Made by a program: the position numbers and the translations under genes. Below are positions 47,319-55,201 of a stretch of 64,000 nucleotides of DNA, piece by piece. How positions within the stretch are numbered: position 1 is the stretch's first letter; each line of letters opens with the position of its first letter. A model generated the notes under the pieces. That model was given only the letters and a program-made list of their open reading frames with translations. It was not told the origin of the DNA and did not search any database. Source of the stretch: Clostridia bacterium (GTDB lineage Bacteria > Bacillota > Clostridia > Oscillospirales > CAG-272); assembly GCA_017621415.1 (NCBI GenBank), contig JAGATD010000057.1:1021-65020 (forward strand), in the 5' to 3' direction.

Positions 47319-48305
47319 ATGAGTAATAATGTAAAATTAACTACAGAAAAAAAGTCGCCTTTAGATTTTTTAAAGCATATATTTAGGCGCAGAGCGTCTC
47401 TTGATGCAAGAAAGGCAAGGGCGGGCTACGTATTCGTGCTCCCCTTCCTCCTCGGTATAGTTCTGATATACCTTCCTATACTTATCGACTCCCTTTGGTT
47501 CAGCTTCAGCCAGATTTCGGCAACGAGTGACGGTACAGGCAGACTTAACATTGTGTCTGTTGGTTTTGAAAACTATGTTAAGCCCTTTAACACACCGGGA
47601 TTTACCGAGGCGCTTCTCGCAGGACTTCAGCAGCTTTTGTTTGAGGTTCCCGCAATTATCGTATTCTCTCTGTTTATTGCGGTCGTTCTTAACCAAAAAA
47701 TGCTCGGTAGAGCTATGTTCCGTGCGATATTCTTCGTTCCTGTTATTATATCCACAGGTATTATGATGGACTTCTCCGCAGGCGGTCAGAATGATATGTC
47801 AGGCGCGGTAGGCGGAGAAACAAACTCCGGTACAGGCGAAGGCGGAGCAAGCGAAATTATTTCGGTTCTTGACGTTCAGCAGCTGTTTGCAAGCATGAAA
47901 ATAGGCGGAGAGCTTGTTACATACGTTGTAGGAATAGTAAATAACGTGTATAACATTATCAACTACTCCGGTGTTCAGATGCTTATTTTCCTTGCCGGTC
48001 TTCAGTCTATATCTCCTTCGATATATGAAGCCTGCCGTATAGACGGCGCTACAGGTTGGGAGACATTCTGGAAGATTACATTCCCTATGATATCTCCTAT
48101 GATTCTTGTAAATGCTGTATACACGGTTATCGACTCCTTTACCAGAACCAACAACCCGGCGATGCGATTTATTCAAAATGCCTTTGCTCTGCAGCCTGAA
48201 ATGTCAACAGCGATGTATTGGATGTACTTCCTGATTATTGCTTTGATAATAGTAGTTGTTGCGGGAATTGCATCATCCTTCGTGTTCTATCAGAGAAAGG
48301 ATTAA
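47319..48305 (+). CDS. Carbohydrate ABC transporter permease (MalF-like), pair 2
   Basis: 328 aa. EAA loop YEACRIDGATGWETFWKITFPMISP. Unusual Gly/Ser/Glu-rich insert AGGQNDMSGAVGGETNSGTGEGGASE (about nt 47769-47859). Confidence 0.88.
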   Translation: MSNNVKLTTEKKSPLDFLKHIFRRRASLDARKARAGYVFVLPFLLGIVLIYLPILIDSLWFSFSQISATSDGTGRLNIVSVGFENYVKPFNTPGFTEALLAGLQQLLFEVPAIIVFSLFIAVVLNQKMLGRAMFRAIFFVPVIISTGIMMDFSAGGQNDMSGAVGGETNSGTGEGGASEIISVLDVQQLFASMKIGGELVTYVVGIVNNVYNIINYSGVQMLIFLAGLQSISPSIYEACRIDGATGWETFWKITFPMISPMILVNAVYTVIDSFTRTNNPAMRFIQNAFALQPEMSTAMYWMYFLIIALIIVVVAGIASSFVFYQRKD

Positions 48306-48318
48306 GGAGGTGAGCTTA

Positions 48319-49407
48319 ATGGAATCAACAAAAACAACAATAACAAAAGAAACAAAAAATAAGATTCAGGTTGATTATGAAGGTAAGCTCTCCACCAAAG
48401 AGCGTTTGCTTAACAAAATCAAGGCATCCAACACCTGGATAACGGCAATCGTAAATGTGTTTAAGTTTATACTGATGCTTGGTGTATCTTTCGTAATTAT
48501 TTATCCCTTTATCACCAAGATAGCAGGTTCATTTATGTCGCCTAACGACCTGGCCGACGTTACAGTATCTCTTATTCCCAGAGATTTTAACATAGACCAG
48601 TATAAGTACATAATCCAGGATAACGGATATTTCTTCCACATAGATGACCTTGGACAACAGCACCTTGGCGCATTCTTCCACACACTCTTCCTTTCGCTTA
48701 TCTGCGCGGCAATTCAGACTATGGTAGCCTGTCTTGTAGGATACGGTATTGCCAAGTTCAAGTTTAAGGGTAATGTTGCTGTAATGGTTGCCGTTGTGGT
48801 AACAATGATTATTCCTCACAGCGCGCTTCAGCTCGCTTTCAGACAGCACTTTATTTCCTTTGATATTGCGCATGTAATGTCTACGGGAAATATGGGTATT
48901 ATCCAGACTTTAACAGGCGGCAAGAATATCGAGCTGATAAACACCTATTGGCCGTTTATCATAATGTCGCTTGGCGGTATAGCCTTTAAGAACGGTCTTT
49001 ATATCTATATGATGCGTCAGTTCTTTAAGGGTGTTCCCGATGAGCTTGAGGAGTCTGCGTATGTTGACGGCTCGGGTACATTCCGTACCTTTGTTCAGAT
49101 CATACTTCCTCTCTCCGTGCCTATGATGATAACAATATTCCTGTTCTCATTCTCATGGCAGTGGACAGACCAGTTCTATACAAATCTGTTCTTCGAGGGC
49201 GCAGACGCACCTTGGACAATGCCTAAGATCGTATCGCTTCCTGCTTCTCTTGAAATTCTCTATACAGGTCACCCTGTACTCAAAATGTTTACTACAGTAG
49301 TAGAGAACACAGCCAGCCTTATGATCATACTTCCTCTCGTTATTATGTACCTCTTCTGCCAGAAGTACCTGGTACAGGGTATCGAGCGTTCGGGTCTCGT
49401 AGGCTAA
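48319..49407 (+). CDS. Carbohydrate ABC transporter permease (MalG-like), pair 2
   Basis: 362 aa. Start moved to ATG 48319 (MESTKTT) behind AAGGAGGTG. EAA loop EESAYVDGSGTFRTFVQIILPLSVP. Long polar N-terminal extension. Confidence 0.88.
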   Translation: MESTKTTITKETKNKIQVDYEGKLSTKERLLNKIKASNTWITAIVNVFKFILMLGVSFVIIYPFITKIAGSFMSPNDLADVTVSLIPRDFNIDQYKYIIQDNGYFFHIDDLGQQHLGAFFHTLFLSLICAAIQTMVACLVGYGIAKFKFKGNVAVMVAVVVTMIIPHSALQLAFRQHFISFDIAHVMSTGNMGIIQTLTGGKNIELINTYWPFIIMSLGGIAFKNGLYIYMMRQFFKGVPDELEESAYVDGSGTFRTFVQIILPLSVPMMITIFLFSFSWQWTDQFYTNLFFEGADAPWTMPKIVSLPASLEILYTGHPVLKMFTTVVENTASLMIILPLVIMYLFCQKYLVQGIERSGLVG

Positions 49408-49416
49408 GCTTACGCT

Positions 49417-49519
49417 GAATGGCTATATCTTAGCGCATCTTTCGTCAGCGGTTCAATCGCCGTATTCGTATACGACTTCATTCACCGCTAACAAAATCTG
49501 TACCAACCTATAGCCATTC
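49417..49519 (+). other. Structured 3' UTR element (long-range inverted repeat) between the operon stop codon and its terminator
   Basis: 11-bp arms GAATGGCTATA (49417-49427) and TATAGCCATTC (49509-49519) enclose inner helices AGCGGT/ACCGCT (49447-52/49484-89) and CGTAT/ATACG (49461-65/49470-74). Confidence 0.45.
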
Positions 49520-49544
49520 CCATAGTGGAAAACCAAATAAAATT

Positions 49545-49575
49545 AGGAGAGCTCTCTTGAGGGCTCTCCTTTTTT
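49545..49575 (+). terminator. Rho-independent terminator of the 14-kb operon
   Basis: Stem AGGAGAGC/GCTCTCCT (49545-49552/49563-49570), then TTTTT. Confidence 0.75.
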
Positions 49576-49686
49576 GAACAAAAAATCAAAAACGATTCAT
49601 TTAGTTAATCTTTTTCTAAACAAGTACAAGTGTAAGAGAATTTCAACATAAAAAGAGTAAAATTGTTCATTTATCTGAAAATAATA

Positions 49687-49715
49687 TAGACAAATAACCG
49701 TGAATATCTTATAAT
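49687..49715 (+). promoter_or_regulatory. Promoter of the PocR/AraC regulator gene
   Basis: TAGACA (49687-49692), 17 nt, TATAAT (49710-49715). Confidence 0.5.
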
Positions 49716-49744
49716 CGTTATAGAAAGAACAAACGGAGGGAACT

Positions 49745-50563
49745 GTGAGAACATCATTTAATATTGAAAAGCTTTCGGCATTTTTAAAAAGCTTTTATAC
49801 CGTTACGGGCATAAAAATTTCTGTTTTTGACGATGAGTTTAACCACATAATCGAATATCCCGCGCCTATGATAGAATACTGTTCTTTAATTCGTCGCACC
49901 GAGCAGGGGACTGAAGGCTGTCGTAACTGCGATATTGCCGCATTTAGAGAAGCAAAGCGCAGAAGAGGACTTTATATTTATACCTGCCATGCGGGAATGA
50001 CAGAGGTTGTTTCTCCGATAATGCTAAATGACGGAATTTTGGGTTATGTAATTTTATCTCATATGTTGCCAAAGGAGACTTTCGATTCAGCAGTTGAATA
50101 TGCCCTGGGCAGGGCAGAGAGCTACGGAGTCAGCAGATGCGAGGCGCTTCCCGCCATAGAAAAAATGACCCCTACAGATTATGAAAAAATTGAGGCTGCA
50201 TCAAGACTCCTTGATGCAATCACAACCTATTTAAGAGTGACAAATTGGGTAAGCTGGCGCAACGACGATCTTGCATATTCTATTTCAAAATATATAGATG
50301 AAAATTTAGGCTCACACTTGAATACTGAAAACCTATGCAACGTGTTTTATATTTCCAGAACAAAGCTTCACCAAATATCAACCACTGCATACGGAGTAAG
50401 CATTACAAAATACATTCTTGATAAGAGAATGAAAAAGGCAAGAGAACTTCTTCGTATGGGAAAATCGGTAGAGAGTGTTGCCGAGGAGGTAGGATTTTCA
50501 ACTGCAAATTATTTTAGCAAGGTCTTTCACCGCGAGTGCGGTATACTCCCAAGCAAATTCTGA
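49745..50563 (+). CDS. AraC-family transcriptional regulator with N-terminal PocR-type sensory domain
   Basis: 272 aa. GTG start behind GGAGGG. The PocR-like Cys-containing region is CSLIRRTEQGTEGCRNCD..YTCHAGMTEVVSPI. C-terminal AraC HTH (VAEEVGFSTANYFSKVFHRECG). Confidence 0.85.
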   Translation: MRTSFNIEKLSAFLKSFYTVTGIKISVFDDEFNHIIEYPAPMIEYCSLIRRTEQGTEGCRNCDIAAFREAKRRRGLYIYTCHAGMTEVVSPIMLNDGILGYVILSHMLPKETFDSAVEYALGRAESYGVSRCEALPAIEKMTPTDYEKIEAASRLLDAITTYLRVTNWVSWRNDDLAYSISKYIDENLGSHLNTENLCNVFYISRTKLHQISTTAYGVSITKYILDKRMKKARELLRMGKSVESVAEEVGFSTANYFSKVFHRECGILPSKF

Positions 50564-50619
50564 GTTAATGCAAAAATGTTCAATAATAAATAAATATGTA
50601 CAGTGTTTTTAATCACCGG

Positions 50620-50648
50620 TTGACACAATAAGTTTTTTTTGATACCAT
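50620..50648 (+). promoter_or_regulatory. Candidate promoter of the isomerase/epimerase pair
   Basis: TTGACA (50620-50625), 17 nt, TGaTACCAT (50640-50648). Confidence 0.45.
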
Positions 50649-50682
50649 AAAATTAACATTGATATATTAAAGGAGTGTTATA

Positions 50683-52080
50683 ATGAAAGAAAAAATAACC
50701 TTTGCCCTTTTGTTTGCTAACCGTGGCTTCTTTCCGGGCGATGTAATAGCAGATGCGAGACGCGAGATGTGTGAGGCAGTAAAAAATGCCGGCTTCGAGT
50801 ATATTTGTATGGAGGAGTCTGCTACAAGATACGGAGCTGTTGAGACAATTGCCGAGGGTAAAAAATATGCTGATTTTCTTGAGCAAAATCGCGGCAAATA
50901 CGATGGTGTTATTGTTTCTTTGCCCAATTTCGGAGACGAAAACGGTATTTCGGTTGCGCTTAAAAATGCCGGTGTGCCAATACTTGTTCAAGCATACCCC
51001 GACGAGATTGGCAAAATGGATTTTGCGAGACGCAGAGATGCCCTTTGCGGAAAGTTTGCAGTTTGCAATATCTTAAGACAAATGAATATTCCCTATACTC
51101 TTACCGAAAAGTTTGTGATTAAACCCGATACCGCAGAGTTTGCGGCTGAACTTTATAAATTTGGAGCAATTTGCCGAACAGTCAAGGGGATGAAGAACTT
51201 TAATATAGGAGCTATAGGAGCAAGAACCACAGCCTTTAAGACCGTTAGGGTAGATGAGATGGCTCTTGCAGCAAAAGGAATTAATGTTGAAACAATAGAT
51301 TTAAGTGAGCTGTTTGCGAGAGTACGCACTGTGAGCGACGAGGATATGAATAATGCAAAGGAGCGAATTCTCGGAATAACAAGATTTGCAGGCTACCCTG
51401 AAGAAAAGCTTAATACAATGGCAAAGGTGCAGGTGGCTGTTGAGTCGCTTGTGCGTGATTATGATATGGATGCGGTGGCTATTCGCTGCTGGAACGAGTT
51501 TGAAACCGAGCTTGGAATAGCGCCTTGCACAACTTTGAGCCTTCTTAACGATATGGGAATTGCCGCTGCCTGTGAGGTCGATGTTGAAAATGCGGTAATG
51601 ATGAGAGCTCTTGCCCTTGCTGCTGAGTCTGCATCCACACTTCTCGATTTTAACAACAATTACGGTGAAGAAGAGGACAAGGCAATAATGTTCCACTGCG
51701 GTCCTGTGCCTAGCTCTATGTGTGAGGGAAAGGGGCAGGTTTGCGAGCACCTGATGTTTAAAAAGACCTATGGCGATGGCTCGGGTGTGGGTGTAAATAA
51801 AACCGAAATGAAGAGCGGAAATATAACAATAGGCAGTGTTAAAACTGAGGGCGGAAAAATATACGCATTCCTTACCGATGCAAAGTTTACCGACGACCCG
51901 ATTGAAAAGGAATTCTTCGGCTCGGGCAAGGTTGTTAAAAAGGACGGAATAAACGAGGTTGCAAATTATATGGCAACCTATGGCTACAAGCACCATCTGG
52001 CAGTAACCTTCGGCAACTTTAAGTCTTGCATTGCTGAGGCTCTTGGAAAATATCTCGGATATGAGGTTGAAACAATTTAA
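50683..52080 (+). CDS. L-fucose/L-arabinose isomerase-family protein (sugar aldose-ketose isomerase, substrate unknown)
   Basis: 465 aa. The length and the N-terminal pattern (FALLFANRGFFPG), together with the central/C-terminal regions, resemble the short fucose-isomerase family (COG2407-like). Recognised by eye only. Confidence 0.75.
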   Translation: MKEKITFALLFANRGFFPGDVIADARREMCEAVKNAGFEYICMEESATRYGAVETIAEGKKYADFLEQNRGKYDGVIVSLPNFGDENGISVALKNAGVPILVQAYPDEIGKMDFARRRDALCGKFAVCNILRQMNIPYTLTEKFVIKPDTAEFAAELYKFGAICRTVKGMKNFNIGAIGARTTAFKTVRVDEMALAAKGINVETIDLSELFARVRTVSDEDMNNAKERILGITRFAGYPEEKLNTMAKVQVAVESLVRDYDMDAVAIRCWNEFETELGIAPCTTLSLLNDMGIAAACEVDVENAVMMRALALAAESASTLLDFNNNYGEEEDKAIMFHCGPVPSSMCEGKGQVCEHLMFKKTYGDGSGVGVNKTEMKSGNITIGSVKTEGGKIYAFLTDAKFTDDPIEKEFFGSGKVVKKDGINEVANYMATYGYKHHLAVTFGNFKSCIAEALGKYLGYEVETI

Positions 52081-52096
52081 ATTAAAGGAGAAACTT

Positions 52097-52978
52097 ATGA
52101 ACAAGCTTGGAATTTTTATGAACTTTTGGGAAAAAAGCTGGGATGCAGACCATATAAAGTACATAAATAAGGCAGCGGATATAGGATTTGATATCCTGGA
52201 GTTTCAGGCACAGGCTCTGCTCGATATGTCAAAGGATAGAATGCAGGATGTTCGCTCTGCTGCTGAGGCAAGAGGAATTGAGCTGACATATAGTCTAGGT
52301 CTTGACCAAAAATATGATATTTCATCCAAGGACGAGGTAGTAAGGCTCGGCGGTATAGATTATCTTAAGAGGATAGTTGAGCGAGTAAACTTTATGGGCG
52401 GCAGCATTATCTCGGGTGTAAGCTATGCAGGTTGGGGAATTCCAGAGGGACTAACCGATGACAAGAGCGTATTTTGGGACAATAGTGTAAATAGCATGCG
52501 TATTGTGCTTAAGACCGCAGAGGACTACGGCGTTACCTATTGCGTTGAGGCGGTAAACCGCTTTGAGGGCATTCTTATAAACACCGCAGAGCAAGCGCTT
52601 CGCTATGTAAATGAGTTTGACAGTAATAATATAGGAGTTCTTCTTGATACCTATCATATGAATATAGAGGAGAGGTCTATAGGTGATGCAATTCGCCTTG
52701 TGGGCGATAAGCTGTACGGCTTCCACACCGGTGAAAACAACCGTACGCCTCCCGGCAGAGGACACCTTAACTGGGACGAGATTTTCTCGGCTCTTTCGGA
52801 GGTTAATTACAAGGGTCGCATAGTCTCTGAACCCTTCGTTATGACAGGGGGCGAGGTCGGCAGAGCCATCTACACCTGGCGAAACCTTCTTCCCGATATT
52901 TCGGAAGCAGCCCTCGATAATGAGGCAAAGCTCCTTCTCCAATTTGAAAAATCTATGATTAATAAATACGCAAAATAA
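52097..52978 (+). CDS. Ketose 3-epimerase (D-psicose/D-tagatose 3-epimerase family, xylose-isomerase-like TIM barrel)
   Basis: 293 aa. Start at ATG 52097 behind AAAGGAG. Strong resemblance to D-psicose 3-epimerase blocks: EAVNRFE, LLDTYHMNIEE.SIGDAIR, GFHTGENNR.PPGRGH..W, and EPFV..GG. Confidence 0.85.
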   Translation: MNKLGIFMNFWEKSWDADHIKYINKAADIGFDILEFQAQALLDMSKDRMQDVRSAAEARGIELTYSLGLDQKYDISSKDEVVRLGGIDYLKRIVERVNFMGGSIISGVSYAGWGIPEGLTDDKSVFWDNSVNSMRIVLKTAEDYGVTYCVEAVNRFEGILINTAEQALRYVNEFDSNNIGVLLDTYHMNIEERSIGDAIRLVGDKLYGFHTGENNRTPPGRGHLNWDEIFSALSEVNYKGRIVSEPFVMTGGEVGRAIYTWRNLLPDISEAALDNEAKLLLQFEKSMINKYAK

Positions 52979-52984
52979 AAAAAC

Positions 52985-53026
52985 ACAGCGGAAGCTCCCT
53001 AATTTGTGAGCTTCCGCTGTATTTTT
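52985..53026. terminator. Bidirectional terminator shared by the epimerase gene (+) and the aromatic operon (-)
   Basis: Perfect 13-bp stem ACAGCGGAAGCTC/GAGCTTCCGCTGT with a 10-nt loop. ATTTTT on the + strand, and an A-run upstream that gives a U-run on the - strand. Confidence 0.85.
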
Positions 53027-53043
53027 GCTAGAAAACTTGGTAT

Positions 53044-53117
53044 TTACAAAACCTCAGCTATATCGTAGCATAGCCTTCCCCTTGGGGAAGGGGGACCGCC
53101 GTGGCGGTGGATGAGGT
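53044..53117. repeat. Tandem repeat unit A: pseudo-copy of the aroF 3' end plus a double-hairpin module
   Basis: TTACAAAACCTCAGCTATATCGTAGCAT, followed by hairpin CCTTCCCC-TT-GGGGAAGG (53074-53091) and hairpin ACCGCC-GT-GGCGGT (53095-53108). Confidence 0.85.
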
Positions 53118-53152
53118 ATCTATGATTACCGCCAGATAAGAGTTGCAAGTAA

Positions 53153-53226
53153 TTACAAAACCTCAGCCATATCGTAGCATAGCCTTCCCCTTGGGGAAGG
53201 GGGACCGCTTTAGCGGTGAATGAGGA
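53153..53226. repeat. Tandem repeat unit B: pseudo-copy of the aroF 3' end plus a double-hairpin module
   Basis: Near-identical to unit A, 109 nt downstream. Hairpin 1 at 53183-53200. Hairpin 2 ACCGCT-TT-AGCGGT at 53204-53217. A third partial copy (53253-53280) is the true aroF 3' end. Confidence 0.85.
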
Positions 53227-53252
53227 TTGACCTATTCAACTGTTATTGTCAA

Positions 53253-54284
53253 TTACAGCACCTCAGCCATATCGTAGATAAGTCTTTCGGTTTTAGCCCA
53301 GCCGAGGCAGGGGTCGGTAACAGATTTACCGTATACGGGGTTTTCGCATATCTTCTGCGCTCCGTCTTCAAGATAGCTCTCTATCATAAGACCCTTTACA
53401 AGGCCTCTTACATCAGCAGAGTAACGGCAGCTGTGGAGAATTTCCTTTGCTATTCTTATCTGCTCAAGATAATTCTTGCCCGAGTTTGCGTGGTTTGTGT
53501 CAACTACAACCGCGGGATTTTCGAGTCCTGATGACTGATAGGTCTCATAGAGGTGGTAGAGGTCCTCATAGTGGTAGTTGGGGTGAGATTTACCCTGCTT
53601 GTCAACATAGCCTCTGAGAATTGCGTGAGCGTAAGGATTGCCCGAGCTCTTTACCTCCCAGCCACGGTAGAGGAATACGTGAGAGGACTGTGCCGCCTTG
53701 ATAGAGTTCATCATAACGGTTATGTCGCCTGAGGTGGGGTTCTTCATACCGACAGGAATGTCGAGACCCGAGGCGGTAAGTCTGTGCTGCTGGTCCTCAA
53801 CCGAGCGGGCTCCAACAGCGCAGTAAAGAAGCAGGTCGGAGAGGTATCTGTGATTTTCGGGGTAGAGCATTTCGTCAGCGCAGGCAAAGCCAGTTTCGCT
53901 GAGGGCTTTCAGGTGCAATTTTCTTATAGAAATAATGCCTTTAAGCATATCGGGCTGGCTTGAGGGGTCGGGCTGGTGGAGCATACCCTTGTATCCCTCG
54001 CCTGTGGTTCTCGGCTTGTTTGTGTAAATTCTGGGAACAATCATAATCTTGTCGCTTACCTTGTCCTGCACGGTGCGCAGCCTTGAAATATATTCAATAA
54101 CCGCATCCTCTCTGTCAGCAGAGCAGGGGCCTATAACGAGAAGAAACTTGTTAGACTCGCCTGAAAAAATCTTGTTAAGCTCGGTGAGCTGTGAGTCCCT
54201 GAGCTTTGTAAGCTCGGGGGTTATTGGGAACTGCTCTTTTACATCCTTGGGGATGGGCAGCTTTCTGTAAAATTCCATATTCAT
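53253..54284 (-). CDS. aroF: 3-deoxy-7-phosphoheptulonate (DAHP) synthase, class I AroG-like
   Basis: 343 aa. LLVIGPCSADREDAVIEY, RIYTNKPRTTGEGYKGML and YGKSVTDPCLGW align by eye with E. coli AroG blocks. Confidence 0.92.
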   Translation of the reverse strand: MNMEFYRKLPIPKDVKEQFPITPELTKLRDSQLTELNKIFSGESNKFLLVIGPCSADREDAVIEYISRLRTVQDKVSDKIMIVPRIYTNKPRTTGEGYKGMLHQPDPSSQPDMLKGIISIRKLHLKALSETGFACADEMLYPENHRYLSDLLLYCAVGARSVEDQQHRLTASGLDIPVGMKNPTSGDITVMMNSIKAAQSSHVFLYRGWEVKSSGNPYAHAILRGYVDKQGKSHPNYHYEDLYHLYETYQSSGLENPAVVVDTNHANSGKNYLEQIRIAKEILHSCRYSADVRGLVKGLMIESYLEDGAQKICENPVYGKSVTDPCLGWAKTERLIYDMAEVL

Positions 54285-54322
54285 AGTAAGATTACCTCTT
54301 TATTAAAAATCTAATTAAAAAA

Positions 54323-55201
54323 TTATTTAACAGGCTTGTCGAAGAGCGAACGTCTTGCGCTTGATGCGCGCATTTTTTCTCTCATTCGCTTGCCGTCCTC
54401 GTTTGCAAGATAGGTCCTGAATTCGGAAAACTCCTCAATAAACTTGTCCATTTCAGAAAGGAGTGCCTCTTTGTTCATAAGGAAAAGCTCAGACCACATT
54501 CTGTCATTTATCTTTGCGATTCTCGTCAGGTCTCTAAAGGAGTCTCCTGTATACTTTTCGAGCCCCTCAGAATCATTGCAGTTCATAAGCACAACGGCAA
54601 TGCAGTGTGTAAGCTGAGAAAGAAAGGCAATCATTTCGTCATGCTTCTCGGGTGTCAGCTCTGAAATTCTAAGGAAGCCCAGCACCTCGCCCAGCTGCTT
54701 GCAGAGCCTTACAGCCGCTCGTGTATTCTTCTCGGTAGGGGTTACAATATAGTTTGCGCCCTCAAAAACACCGGGGTCGGCAAACTCAACGCCCGACCTC
54801 TCGCGTCCTGCCATAGGGTGTGCGGGGATATACTCAACATCCCCTCTGAGGATTTCCTGCACCTTATATACTACCTGGCTTTTAACACCTGTAACGTCGG
54901 TTATAAGTGTACCAGGGGTAAAGAGGTGCTGGTATTTTTCAATCCACTCAATAAATGTGGTAGGATAGAGAGCAAAAATAATAAGCTCTGATGCTGCAAT
55001 AAGCTCTTCCTCAACCTCAGAGGTGCCGTAGCTTATCATACCGTGCTCCTTTGCGTACCTAATGTCCGCATCCTCTTTTGTAATGCAGCTTACGTTATAG
55101 CCCTTGTCGGTCAATGCCTTTGCATAGCTTCCGCCTATAACACCAAGTCCTATTATTAATATTTTGGTATTTTTATCAAGTTTCATAAGTCTTAAATTCA
55201 A
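54323..55201 (-). CDS. tyrA: Prephenate dehydrogenase
   Basis: 292 aa. Rossmann motif ILIIGLGVIGGS. HPMAGRE catalytic motif. Overlaps the aroA 3' end (start may instead be the ATG at 55186). Confidence 0.88.
   Translation of the reverse strand: MNLRLMKLDKNTKILIIGLGVIGGSYAKALTDKGYNVSCITKEDADIRYAKEHGMISYGTSEVEEELIAASELIIFALYPTTFIEWIEKYQHLFTPGTLITDVTGVKSQVVYKVQEILRGDVEYIPAHPMAGRERSGVEFADPGVFEGANYIVTPTEKNTRAAVRLCKQLGEVLGFLRISELTPEKHDEMIAFLSQLTHCIAVVLMNCNDSEGLEKYTGDSFRDLTRIAKINDRMWSELFLMNKEALLSEMDKFIEEFSEFRTYLANEDGKRMREKMRASSARRSLFDKPVK

Noticed and set aside
51301-52164. 287-aa minus-strand ORF antisense to the isomerase gene.
   Set aside because: It is a shadow ORF. It has no start context, and the + strand gene is well supported.
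53044-53280. Possible CRISPR array or minisatellite.
   Set aside because: There are only 2 full copies and 1 partial copy, with a period of 100-109 nt. The putative spacers are short unrelated linkers, no cas genes are present, and one copy is the end of a real gene. It is reported instead as a tandem hairpin repeat.
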